A stretch of 53,105 bases of DNA from a virus (Duplodnaviria; Caudoviricetes): IMG/VR virus record IMGVR_UViG_3300028837_001657, positions 1 to 53,105 of that record. One strand, given 5' to 3'. The notes beneath the pieces are model-generated. The model worked only from the letters and a program-made list of their open reading frames with translations. It was not told the DNA's origin and searched no databases. A program made the position numbers and the translations under genes. Below are positions 8,851-18,239 of the stretch, piece by piece. Positions within the stretch are counted from its first letter, which is position 1, and every line of letters begins with the position of its first letter.

Positions 8851-9809
8851 TCCCCATCGCCCGTACTGAAGTCTCTCATAGCACCGACGACGCATGGACC
8901 GACGTAGATGTCACCGCCTACGTCGATGCCGGCAATACTGCCGGCGTGGTGCTTGAGATCGTGAATCCCACGGGGACTGAATACGTTTGGGGCGTGCGGA
9001 AAAACGGCTCTACCGATGATATCACGGGTGTCATCGAAGACAACGGCCATACCTGGGCCGTGGTCGGGGTTGATTCCAACGACATCTTTGAACTGTACTT
9101 GAACGACGCTTCCCAAGTTGACGTTTACCTCGTCGCCTGTGTCCACAACGATGAAGGCTCCTTTTTAACCGATGCATCTGACGTCACCCCAGTGACCGCA
9201 GAAGCGTGGACCGATGTCGACATTTCCACCATCACCGGTGCGGAGACCGCTACCTTCGCGTTCCTCGTGATTTACAACTATCCCTCGAACAACTTCGTGG
9301 GAGTCCGCAAGAATGGGAGCACAGATGATCGCCACGCGAGCAACCAACTTGAAGGTGACCTGCGGGGCTACATGATCGGCGTTGATAACGCCGAAAAGTT
9401 TGAGGCATGGGTTGAGGACAAGGACCAGGTCACGGTGTACTTGTTCGGGTGGCTCACAGCAGGGGTGAGCACCTGGGCCAATGGCAAAGACTACTCTACG
9501 GGCACGACAGGCTCGTGGGTTGACGTAGATGTCTCTTCTGACGTTCCAGCAGGTAACACCGGGGCTTTCTTTCACCTTTGGGGCGGAAACTCTGAGTATG
9601 CGGGGGGCATCAGGCAGAACGGGACCAGCATCACCAACAACTTTGACATAACTAACCAGCAGTTCTGTTGGGTTGAATTAGATGCTGCCCGCATTGCCGA
9701 GCAGTGGGTTGAATCTACTAGCCTCGATTTGTATCTGCTGGGATACACGAGTTCGCCGGTTGGCGTCATGCCAGCAGCGATGAATCATTATCGCAGACGA
9801 AGGACGTGA
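8847..9809 (+). CDS. Virion-associated protein with three internal ~100-aa beta-sandwich repeats
   Basis: W(T/V)DVD(V/I)...G(V/I)R(K/Q)NG(S/T)...YL.G repeated three times. Confidence 0.7.
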   Translation: MIPIARTEVSHSTDDAWTDVDVTAYVDAGNTAGVVLEIVNPTGTEYVWGVRKNGSTDDITGVIEDNGHTWAVVGVDSNDIFELYLNDASQVDVYLVACVHNDEGSFLTDASDVTPVTAEAWTDVDISTITGAETATFAFLVIYNYPSNNFVGVRKNGSTDDRHASNQLEGDLRGYMIGVDNAEKFEAWVEDKDQVTVYLFGWLTAGVSTWANGKDYSTGTTGSWVDVDVSSDVPAGNTGAFFHLWGGNSEYAGGIRQNGTSITNNFDITNQQFCWVELDAARIAEQWVESTSLDLYLLGYTSSPVGVMPAAMNHYRRRRT

Positions 9810-10138
9810 CGATGTGTCAGTGGGGAGATACCGTGCCCGTGTGCGTAGTCATTCCTGCCGATTTGTCATGTACCGGCAAGGCCCGCTGGAGAGAAAAGCA
9901 GATAGATTCTTGCATTGCCGACCTGGTGCGCGCACTGCAACGAGCAGAGATAAACATGCGCGGTTCTTGCTGCGGTCACGGAAAGACCTGGGGAAGTGTC
10001 GGCCTTTGGGACGGCAGGGTGTTAGTTGTCACCGACGAATCATGCTCCCGCAACCCAGTGCTTTGGGCACTTCGCACGTTGTGGCAAGCAGTACGATGGA
10101 AAGTCATCGGCCATCGTGAGGAAATCAACAGGGTATAG
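9806..10138 (+). CDS. Conserved phage Cys/His protein (ID.CIA.LV.AL...SCCGHG family)
   Basis: IDSCIADLVRAL...RGSCCGHG motif. Confidence 0.6.
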   Translation: MTMCQWGDTVPVCVVIPADLSCTGKARWREKQIDSCIADLVRALQRAEINMRGSCCGHGKTWGSVGLWDGRVLVVTDESCSRNPVLWALRTLWQAVRWKVIGHREEINRV

Positions 10139-10181
10139 GTGCGCTCGTGGTGGAGTGGCGCATTGAAAGAGGACGCATGAC

Positions 10182-11024
10182 ATGGCGCAATTCTTAAAAC
10201 AGTCCACGGCAGCGACTATCTTGGTCGGTCCCGCCCTCGACAAAGATGACGGCGTTACTCCCGAAACCGGCCTGACCGCAGGCGCGGTAGACGAGATAGT
10301 TGTGTACAAGCACGACGCTACCAGTGCGACCGACATTTCAGGAACGACCACGCTCACCCATCGGGCTGGCGGGAATTACACTGCCACATTGAGTGCGTCG
10401 GATACTGGAACGTTAGGCCGGCTGACTACCTTCGTTCGCGACGACGATGTGTGCTTGCCAATCTGGAAAGAATTCATGGTCGTCCCGGCCAACGTCTATG
10501 ATTCCTTGTTCGGCGCCGATGCGCTTCAGGTCCATGCCAACGAGATCACGGCGGGCCTGATCACTGCGGCCGCCATCGCGACCGGGGCGATTGACGCGGA
10601 CGCCATCGCCGGGGATGCGATCACAGCCGCGAAGATCGCGGCCGGCGCCATCGGCGCGGCGGAGCTCGCGGACGCTGCCATTGACGCGGCGACGCTGGCC
10701 GCGGACATGGATACCTACCAAGCCAAGCTATGGCTGTTCGATGATGATTCAGGAGCGAATGATCGCTACGTGGCCGTATGGTTCCAAAACGGGGAACCAG
10801 TGACCAGCGGGATCACGAGCCCGCAGATCCAGGTGATCAAGGTCGCGGATGGAACGGATCTTGTCGGAGCAACTGCCATGACGCAGATTGGTGCTCTCGG
10901 CATGTATCGCTACGATGAAGGCACCAATCGCATCGTGAGCGGCGCCGCCTACATCGCCAAGGTCACGGCGACGATAGGCGGAAGCGGCCGCACCTGGTAT
11001 CAGCCCGTAGGGAGGGATAGTTGA
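10182..11024 (+). CDS. Virion structural/fibre protein
   Basis: FLKQSTA..I.VGP..D..DG.T.ETGL N-terminus and ITAAAIATGAIDADAIA-type pentad repeats. Confidence 0.65.
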   Translation: MAQFLKQSTAATILVGPALDKDDGVTPETGLTAGAVDEIVVYKHDATSATDISGTTTLTHRAGGNYTATLSASDTGTLGRLTTFVRDDDVCLPIWKEFMVVPANVYDSLFGADALQVHANEITAGLITAAAIATGAIDADAIAGDAITAAKIAAGAIGAAELADAAIDAATLAADMDTYQAKLWLFDDDSGANDRYVAVWFQNGEPVTSGITSPQIQVIKVADGTDLVGATAMTQIGALGMYRYDEGTNRIVSGAAYIAKVTATIGGSGRTWYQPVGRDS

Positions 11025-13591
11025 GCCTGCGCTTTCACCGAGGCGGCCTATACGAGCCATTCGACGATGATGCCCGCGCTGAATTCCTGAGCGAGCATCA
11101 TGACGTCAGCCTGGCGGGAGCATTGTCGCTGGCGGGCACCGTTACACGTCAAGTCACAACGGTCCTCGTTGGTGCGTTGACTTCTGCTAGTGCACTGATC
11201 AGCCAGGCGAGCAAAGCCCTCACTGGCGCGATCGCGCCCGCAGGCGCGGCAGCACGCACGATCGGCACGGTCCTGACCGGAGGGATCACGCCTGCCGGCG
11301 CAGTAGTTCGCACCGTGACCTATCCCCTTTCAGGCGCAGTCACTTCCGCTGGGGCACTCAGCAGGCAAGCACAGCGAGCACTCGCTGGCACCGTCACTTC
11401 CGCTGGTACACTCATCGGTCAAGCGCAGAAGGTTTTTGCAGGGGCGATCACTCCGGCCGGAGTGTTGACTCGCACCTTATCACTGGTGCGCCAACAGGCA
11501 GGCGCGATTACTCTGGCAGGTGCCCTTGCTCGCACGACTACTACGGCTCTCACTGGGGCGATCACTCCTGCAGGTGTGTTAGCCCGGGCGATCAGTGTGA
11601 CTTTTACAGGAGTGATCACGCCTGCTGGGGTGCTGATCAGGACGATCAGCACAACCGTTGCTGGCACAGTTACCTCTACCGGTGTATTGGTCAGCCAGGC
11701 GCAAAAGGTCCTTGCTGGCACAATCACACCTGCTGGTGAGTTAGCTCGCGTACTGTCACTGATACGTCAATATGCAGGTGCGATCACCCCGACTGGCGCT
11801 CTCATTCGCACGACCAGCAGAACCCTTGCAGGAACGATCACACCTGCAGGCGTGTTAGGCCGTGTGATCAGTATGGTGCTCACGGCCGCAGTCACCCCAG
11901 CAGGTGCCTTGAGCCGAACGACTACTACGGTCCTCACGGGCACGATCACACTTGCTGGCACGCTCGTCAATCAGGCACAGAAGGCCTTCGCTGGCACACT
12001 CACACCGGCCGGTGCACTGGCGCGCACTTTGTCACTGGTGCGCCAATATGCAGGCGCGGTCACCTTTGTGGGCACGCTCTTGCGCACAGTGACCCATCCT
12101 CTCGCGAGTACGGTCACTTTCGCAGGCGTGCTCATCAGGCAAGTACAGCAGACACTCGTCGGAGTGATCACGCCCACCGGTGCACTCGTCGGCCAGGCGC
12201 AGAAAGTTCTTGTCGGAGCGATCACGCCTGCAGGTGCACTCATCGGCCAGGCACAAAAGGCCCTCGCCGGAACGGTCACACTAGCAGGTGCTTTAGAGTC
12301 GGGATTCATTCGTGTGTTGACCGGGGCAGTCACCTTCGCAGGCACATTAACTCGCACGACTGCTACAGCCGTCACAGGAACGATCGCGCCGGCAGGGGTG
12401 CTGGCCCGCACGATTAGCACGGCACTCACAGGGGCGACTACTCCAGTGGGAGTATTGATCCGCACGGTCGGCACGACACTCATAGGGGAGATCACTCCTG
12501 CTGGCGTCTTGCAATCGACGCTTGTTCTGGTACGGGCACTGACTGGGACACTCACGTTTGCAGGCGTGCTTGTCCACACAACTAGCACGACACTCGCCGG
12601 CGTGATTAGTCCGTCTGGTGTTTTGGTACGATCGGTGACGACAGCACTGACCGGCACGGTCACACCTGCCGGAGCCATGATCATGACGTTAGCCCGCGTA
12701 CTGGCGGGCACGATCACGCCAGCAGGTGTGATTGCATCAAGCGTTTTGCTATTCAAGGCGCTGGCCGGGGCGATCACGCCGGCGGGCGTGTTAGTCATAG
12801 AGGTGGGCAAGGTGTTCGCTGGCACTGTCACTTTTGCCAGCATATTGACACGCACGACCAGCACGATCTTCGCGGGGACGATCACACCGGCAGGAGACCT
12901 CTTGCGATCGGTAGCAACTTCGCTGGCAGGCACAACTACCCCCGCCGGCGCATTGATCGGGCAAGCGCAAAAGGTGTTCACGGCAACGATCACACCAGCA
13001 GGGGTGTTAGGTCGCGTGATTGGCAAGACCTTGTCAGGAATGATCACCTCCACTGGCGTGCTCATTCGCACAACTAACACCATTCTTGCAGGAACAGTTA
13101 CTCCGGCTGGCGTCTTGCAATCGGCAATGGTCATAGTCCGAGAACTGACCGGGGCAGTCACTTTCGCGAGTGCACTGATTCGCACGACTACCCATGCCGT
13201 AGCCGGGACGATCACACCGACAGGAACACTCATCCAAGAGATTCAGCGTGCGTTGGTAGGGGTCTTGACCTCTACAGGTGTCCTCACCAGCACACAAACG
13301 ATGTTCAAGGCACTGGTCGGGGCGATCACTTTGACCGGGGCAGTGACCAGGCAGACCACTCACGTCTTGGCTGGGGTTTTGGCGCCCATCGGTGCGCTCG
13401 GTCGGGCTATCCGCAAAGCGTTGGCAGGCGCGCTCACGTTCATCGGTGACCTGGTGCAGAGCGAGCCCGTTCCCATCGAAGCGGATCTACGGGTGCGGAT
13501 GACGCCTGCCTTAGATTTGGCTACCCGCATCACACCGGCGACTTCATTGGCGCTGCGTTTCGCCGTCACTGCTGACTTGGAGGTGACATGA
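11021..13591 (+). CDS. 856-aa repetitive fibre-like structural protein
   Basis: About 40 copies of a ~19-21 aa repeat, consensus L.G.ITPAG.L.R...... Confidence 0.75.
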   Translation: MSLRFHRGGLYEPFDDDARAEFLSEHHDVSLAGALSLAGTVTRQVTTVLVGALTSASALISQASKALTGAIAPAGAAARTIGTVLTGGITPAGAVVRTVTYPLSGAVTSAGALSRQAQRALAGTVTSAGTLIGQAQKVFAGAITPAGVLTRTLSLVRQQAGAITLAGALARTTTTALTGAITPAGVLARAISVTFTGVITPAGVLIRTISTTVAGTVTSTGVLVSQAQKVLAGTITPAGELARVLSLIRQYAGAITPTGALIRTTSRTLAGTITPAGVLGRVISMVLTAAVTPAGALSRTTTTVLTGTITLAGTLVNQAQKAFAGTLTPAGALARTLSLVRQYAGAVTFVGTLLRTVTHPLASTVTFAGVLIRQVQQTLVGVITPTGALVGQAQKVLVGAITPAGALIGQAQKALAGTVTLAGALESGFIRVLTGAVTFAGTLTRTTATAVTGTIAPAGVLARTISTALTGATTPVGVLIRTVGTTLIGEITPAGVLQSTLVLVRALTGTLTFAGVLVHTTSTTLAGVISPSGVLVRSVTTALTGTVTPAGAMIMTLARVLAGTITPAGVIASSVLLFKALAGAITPAGVLVIEVGKVFAGTVTFASILTRTTSTIFAGTITPAGDLLRSVATSLAGTTTPAGALIGQAQKVFTATITPAGVLGRVIGKTLSGMITSTGVLIRTTNTILAGTVTPAGVLQSAMVIVRELTGAVTFASALIRTTTHAVAGTITPTGTLIQEIQRALVGVLTSTGVLTSTQTMFKALVGAITLTGAVTRQTTHVLAGVLAPIGALGRAIRKALAGALTFIGDLVQSEPVPIEADLRVRMTPALDLATRITPATSLALRFAVTADLEVT

Positions 13592-13902
13592 GCTTGGATC
13601 ACATGATCGCGGGGCAATTTGGGAGGCCCTGGGAGTTCACCCTCAAGCAAGACGAAGTTGCACGAGACCTCTCTTCTTTCACCACGGTGACGTATGTGCT
13701 CGACCAACCCGATGACACGGTAGTGGAAAAGGTGGCGGGGTTCAAGACAGACGGGACGGACGGGATCGTGTCGTGGACACCAGAGGAAGGTGACTTGGAC
13801 TTGCCCGGTACCTGGACGCTCCAAGTGAGGCTGACCGGCGTCACTGCAGAACTGAGCACGGTGCCCGTCGTGTTCGTATTGGGAACGAGGTTAGCGGCAT
13901 GA
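13588..13902 (+). CDS. BppU N-terminal-like (Ig-fold) baseplate/fibre adaptor
   Basis: DLS..T......PD.......TDG.DG.V......GDLD.PG.W..QV motif. Confidence 0.6.
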   Translation: MSLDHMIAGQFGRPWEFTLKQDEVARDLSSFTTVTYVLDQPDDTVVEKVAGFKTDGTDGIVSWTPEEGDLDLPGTWTLQVRLTGVTAELSTVPVVFVLGTRLAA

Positions 13903-15239
13903 GCAGCAATGCATCTCGCCCTGGACCAATCCAACGCCTGATAGACAGGATTACTCGCCTGTTCGGTGATGCGCCAGATGCGAGCGGTACTGTCACGACG
14001 CAGTCACCGGTTGGCCCGCGCACTCAAACTCAGTTGGATGTAGCCCAGCGGTTTATGCCCGACCGCGACCGACAAGAACGCCTTGCTACCGCACGTCAGA
14101 TGTACGAGGACGACACACGAGCAAAAGAAGTATTGAAGTCAATGGCGCGTGACGTGATGATGGGCGGGTATGAACTCATAATAGAAGATGCAGGGGCGGC
14201 CGACAGTGCAGCCATGCTAGAAAAGCAACTAGACCTGCAACGCTCGTTAGAGAACTGGGTGCGCCTTTGCTTCCGTGATGGCGATCTATTCCTAGAGATC
14301 GGGGTTGACGATAGTTTCAACATTGTCGAAGTGACTCGTAAACCCATCATCGGGATGCATCGGTATAGCAACACTTTTGATCAGTTCGATGATCCGACTC
14401 ACGCATACTGGTACAGTGACCGATGGTACGGCGGTGAGCCTCCTCCCGAGGCTGTGTGGTTCTCGAACTGGCAGGTGGTTCAAGCCCGTTGGGATCATGA
14501 CGAAGGAGAGCGGTACGGCAGGCCGTTCTTCGCCAGTGGCTCAGGAGCGTGGAAGCGGCTGAAAGAAGGAGAGCTAGACATCTCTGTGCGCCGCAAGACG
14601 CGGGCCGGAATAAAATATCAACACAAGTTCCCGCCAGGCACCAAGAAGGGGACGATCGACGAGTACAAAGTAATAAACAAGGATGCTTTGACAGATCCTC
14701 TGGCAGCCGTCGCCGATTTCTTCGGCACGCCAGACATCAACGTGTTGCAAGGCGATGCACGCTTGGGAGAGATCGCTGACGTGTTGTATCACTTGAGGAC
14801 ATGGTTTATCGTCGCTCCTATGCCGATGTCTCTGATGGGTTATGGAGAAGACCTTAACCGAGACGTGCTGACGGCGCAGGAGCAGCAGTACCGACGCGCT
14901 CTAGAGGGCATGGCTAAATGGGTTGAAAAGCAGTTACTTGTACCACTGTTAGAGCGCCAATGGCTGCTGCATGGCTTTTGGCCTCCTCACCTAGACTACA
15001 GCATTCAGTGGGCATCAAAGCAACCGCTCACGGCTCAAGTTCTACAGAGGGTTGCCGATGCAGCCTTACGCTTCCGCGCTCTCGGTTGGCCTGATGAATT
15101 GCTAGTGCAGTTGCTCGCCCCGTTCTTGCCTGGCGTCAACCTGGAGACACTGCTACAAGTAAAACAGACGGGGCCAGCCACGCCGGAGAGGATCGCGAGA
15201 GCGGCAGAACTCATTCGACAGGTGACACATGGCGGTTGA
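13899..15239 (+). CDS. Portal protein
   Basis: 446 aa; RDGD.FLEI, W.V...RW......YG.P, P..L.G....NR..L..Q...Y and I.W motifs; immediately followed by a head morphogenesis gene. Confidence 0.75.
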   Translation: MSSNASRPGPIQRLIDRITRLFGDAPDASGTVTTQSPVGPRTQTQLDVAQRFMPDRDRQERLATARQMYEDDTRAKEVLKSMARDVMMGGYELIIEDAGAADSAAMLEKQLDLQRSLENWVRLCFRDGDLFLEIGVDDSFNIVEVTRKPIIGMHRYSNTFDQFDDPTHAYWYSDRWYGGEPPPEAVWFSNWQVVQARWDHDEGERYGRPFFASGSGAWKRLKEGELDISVRRKTRAGIKYQHKFPPGTKKGTIDEYKVINKDALTDPLAAVADFFGTPDINVLQGDARLGEIADVLYHLRTWFIVAPMPMSLMGYGEDLNRDVLTAQEQQYRRALEGMAKWVEKQLLVPLLERQWLLHGFWPPHLDYSIQWASKQPLTAQVLQRVADAALRFRALGWPDELLVQLLAPFLPGVNLETLLQVKQTGPATPERIARAAELIRQVTHGG

Positions 15240-16500
15240 CGCGACAGCTCTCACCGGCATAACAGTCGATCAGGCGCTCGTCGCGCAGCAAAGTGCGCTG
15301 ATGCGAGTGCAGTTATTCACGATCGGAGAAACCCATCAAATCCTGAACGACTTCACTACCCGCCTGCAGGGAGAGATCACGGCAGCGGCGGGAGGCGAAG
15401 CAGAGGCAGAGAAGAAGCCGCTTGGCGGCATGGAACTGCTACAGGTCGTTGATTGGCTTGACGCGCACTGGCCGCCTACATTCGCACGATGGCACCGCCT
15501 TATGCAAGCCATGAGGATGGAAGCAGCTCGAATCTCCCATGGCAGTTTAGTGATCATGCATGAGCATTTCATCGGAGAACCGGCAAGGCAAGGCCTCAAG
15601 CGCCCGGAGCAACCTGCCCCGGGGCAGGTTCGTGCATCTAGGCGAGCACAGTTACAAAGGATGCACGAGCAGCAAAGTCAAACGGTAGGGGTCGGCGTAG
15701 CCGCCTTGTATGCCCAACGGATGCAACTCATCATGGATGCGGCCTCCGCGCGTCTTTGGGGGACGGGATTCAACCTCTCACAGCGGATATGGCAAATGGA
15801 CGCTGTATCACTAGAAAACCTCAAACGGGTGGTGTACTCAGGAGTAGCAAATGGGACATCAGCATGGGACCTGGCTCAACAAGTGCCGACGTTCTTGGGT
15901 GCCGGAGCAGACTGCCCTCGCTGGACACAGGATCGGCTTTACAGCCTGACCAAAGGAGACATTGCCAAAGGTAACAAGGCCGGGCTTATCTCTTCTCCCA
16001 ACTGCGCAGGCCAGGGAGTAAGTTACAATGCCTTGCGTTTGGCTCGAACAGAGATCCAATGGGCCCATGCCCTCGCCACGACGATGATGCTTGATCAAGT
16101 GCCTTGGGTAGAGCTGGTAACGGTCAATCGTGCACCGACCGAGGTAGATTGTGAGATATGCGATCCTGTCGTAGAAGAGAGCCCGTACCCGAAAGCAGAG
16201 GTACCAGCACTGCCCTTACACCCGAACTGCCTTTGCTACGTGACAGCAGAGCTACCGTCCTTCGATGCTTTCGTAGATGACCTCTCTGCATGGGTGGCAG
16301 GCGACATGGCCTGGCCTGCGATGGATGCCTATGCCAGATGGACAGGGTTAGACACGTCAAGCCCTGCGGGACTATCAATGCCAGACACAACGATCAGTAC
16401 GCTAGGCGGGGCAATGGCAGCTTGGTTATGGACCGAACCTGCCGACCTGGTTGACGACTACCTAGACGACTACGAGTTGTGGGCACCATTAGTGGCCTAG
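15229..16500 (+). CDS. Head morphogenesis / minor capsid protein (Mu gpF / SPP1 gp7-like)
   Basis: LSQRIW, YNALRLARTE, DCEICD and PLHPNCLC motifs. Confidence 0.85.
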   Translation: MAVDATALTGITVDQALVAQQSALMRVQLFTIGETHQILNDFTTRLQGEITAAAGGEAEAEKKPLGGMELLQVVDWLDAHWPPTFARWHRLMQAMRMEAARISHGSLVIMHEHFIGEPARQGLKRPEQPAPGQVRASRRAQLQRMHEQQSQTVGVGVAALYAQRMQLIMDAASARLWGTGFNLSQRIWQMDAVSLENLKRVVYSGVANGTSAWDLAQQVPTFLGAGADCPRWTQDRLYSLTKGDIAKGNKAGLISSPNCAGQGVSYNALRLARTEIQWAHALATTMMLDQVPWVELVTVNRAPTEVDCEICDPVVEESPYPKAEVPALPLHPNCLCYVTAELPSFDAFVDDLSAWVAGDMAWPAMDAYARWTGLDTSSPAGLSMPDTTISTLGGAMAAWLWTEPADLVDDYLDDYELWAPLVA

Positions 16501-16514
16501 AATCAAACCAACTA

Positions 16515-16864
16515 CATGCATGCATGAGGTGGCTTTCTCCCGTTGTTGACTCGGTTTGCAACTTTGGTTTTCGACGGGTTTTTGACGGTTTTGACGGAAA
16601 CGAACCCCCAGATGTAGGGGGGACGGGGGTAGTCAACCCCCAGATGTAGGGGTGGACGAGCGTCAAAAACCGTCAATAGACGAAAGTCTTACGAACGGGC
16701 ACGAACCCCCAGATGTAGGGGGGACGAGGGTGGTCGACCCCCAGATGTAGGGGTAGACCAGGAAAACGGCGTTTGGGCGGTATAATGTATCAAGTCCCGG
16801 GTTTTGGCGCTACAAAGCGGCACTCAGTGAGTGTTATTATGTAGAGCAGTTGTTGAGTCAACGC
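16515..16864 (+). repeat. Copy A of a ~340-bp non-coding element (inverted copy at 37366-37702)
   Basis: Near-identical to the reverse complement of 37366-37702; four ACCCCCAGATGTAGGGG repeats (about 16604, 16636, 16705, 16737) and TATAAT at 16781. Confidence 0.95.
16781..16786 (+). promoter_or_regulatory. -10 box (TATAAT) of a putative tail-operon promoter
   Basis: Perfect TATAAT 80 nt before ATG 16866, conserved in both element copies; no canonical -35 at 17 bp. Confidence 0.55.
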
Positions 16865-16865
16865 C

Positions 16866-17285
16866 ATGCAAGACGCGATCAAGACAACTTTTGAGGCAGA
16901 CGGAACTATAATGGCACTGCTCACTGGGGGCGTACACGTCACTGGAGAGATCAGCCGCCAGATTACGCCTACGGCTTTCGACGGCAGTGCAGAGATACTG
17001 CCCTGCTGTCTGATCAAAGAGATGGACCAGGTGCCAACGGGTGACCTGGAGACAACTACGTCTGTCTCTACTCGCCTGCGCATCTCTGTTCTCTTTTATC
17101 AGCGAAGCGGATACGATGTGATCAGCCAAGCGCGCGCTCGAGCTTTTGCGTTACTACACCGACAAAGGTTAGACCAGGCTGGGGTGTGGACGTTGGAATG
17201 GACAGATGACGTGATCGAGCAAAGAGACGGGGCGCTTGGCTGCTCCCTGGAGATTGCCCGGTACGTGTCTGTGCAATGGAAATGA
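16866..17285 (+). CDS. Tail terminator/completion protein
   Basis: 139 aa, L..D.T..ALLTGGV...GY..I..A..R...LLH pattern; lies just upstream of the tail tube gene. Confidence 0.65.
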   Translation: MQDAIKTTFEADGTIMALLTGGVHVTGEISRQITPTAFDGSAEILPCCLIKEMDQVPTGDLETTTSVSTRLRISVLFYQRSGYDVISQARARAFALLHRQRLDQAGVWTLEWTDDVIEQRDGALGCSLEIARYVSVQWK

Positions 17286-17307
17286 GACCACTAGAAAGGA
17301 GGTCAGC

Positions 17308-17694
17308 ATGCTCATAGTGTGGCTGGGACCGAAGAATCGGATTCGTGTACATAAAGGCACAGACTATCAGTGGCGACGAGAGAACGATTTCCTGCAAGAG
17401 GTAATAGAGGCAGACGTACTTGCAGACCTGCTCACGCAAGCCGGCGGCAGTGAGTTTATGGTCCACCAGGACGACCCCCTTCGTGACCTCGTACCCCATA
17501 GTCACATCGTAGAGATGACTTTCGCCGGGATCGTGTCGCTGGCTGACCTGGCTGCCGTGGAAGATATCGCGGCCGTCTTAGAGGTCTGCACTGCCGGTGA
17601 AGAGCAAGTCAGTGAATGGATAGCCCGGGCCCGTGACTTGCCCGATGGACAAGAAGTGGGCTTGGGTACAACAGAACCAGTAGAGGAGGACTAG
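17308..17694 (+). CDS. Hypothetical tail-module protein
   Basis: AAGGAGG RBS before ATG 17308. Confidence 0.65.
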   Translation: MLIVWLGPKNRIRVHKGTDYQWRRENDFLQEVIEADVLADLLTQAGGSEFMVHQDDPLRDLVPHSHIVEMTFAGIVSLADLAAVEDIAAVLEVCTAGEEQVSEWIARARDLPDGQEVGLGTTEPVEED

Positions 17695-17698
17695 AAGA

Positions 17699-18208
17699 AT
17701 GTCATACACGTATGGACTGAGGGATGTCAAGGTAGCCGATTTTCCAGATGGCGCCAACGCAGTCGATCTGCCGGCCGCCCGCACGTTGGGCTTCGAAGAG
17801 CGGATCGCCACGTCTGAGTTGGAAGGCGATGACGTAGTTGTGTCCGTGCATAGCTCCGTCGCCGCGCTCAACTGGACGCTGGAGAACGGCGGCATTGACC
17901 TGGATGCTTACGGCAAGCTCACCGGGCGAACGCCGGTCGCGGGGACGGGTGAGGTCACCTTGTCGGCCGCAGGAGGCGATAGCTTCCCTTGGCTGAGGAT
18001 CTGGGGTCAGAGCATCGGGGACGAAGGTGACGACATCCACGTCAAACTGTTCAAGTGCAAGGTGACCGCGGTCAGCGGGACCTGGGGACTCAACGAGTTC
18101 TTCGTCACGGCTTGCAGCGGTATCGCCATTCCTGACGGTTCCGACCGCATCTGGGACGTCGTCACGCATGAGGCCGACGAAGCTCTGGACATCACCGACC
18201 CGGTGTAA
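17699..18208 (+). CDS. Major tail (tube) protein
   Basis: YGL.D.K...LP.A..L.F......EL.GDD...G.D.H..L.KCK......F....SG.A pattern; position before chaperone and tape measure. Confidence 0.75.
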   Translation: MSYTYGLRDVKVADFPDGANAVDLPAARTLGFEERIATSELEGDDVVVSVHSSVAALNWTLENGGIDLDAYGKLTGRTPVAGTGEVTLSAAGGDSFPWLRIWGQSIGDEGDDIHVKLFKCKVTAVSGTWGLNEFFVTACSGIAIPDGSDRIWDVVTHEADEALDITDPV

Positions 18209-18239
18209 TGCCACGACAATAGAATAGGAGGACAGGAGC

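Noticed and set aside
11971-13233. Long antisense ORF (420 aa) and similar shadows over the tape measure and Dit genes
   Set aside because: Mirror frames of GC-rich, repetitive coding sequence on the + strand
16603-16753. Mini-CRISPR made of the CCCCCAGATGTAGGGG repeats
   Set aside because: Repeats are only about 17 bp, spacing is uneven (32/69/32) and the short spacers are near-copies of each other
16790-17083. Antisense ORFs ending LTECRFV.PKPGT (also at 37188-37439)
   Set aside because: Shared only because of the DNA duplication; they are antisense to real genes and the upstream frames differ between copies
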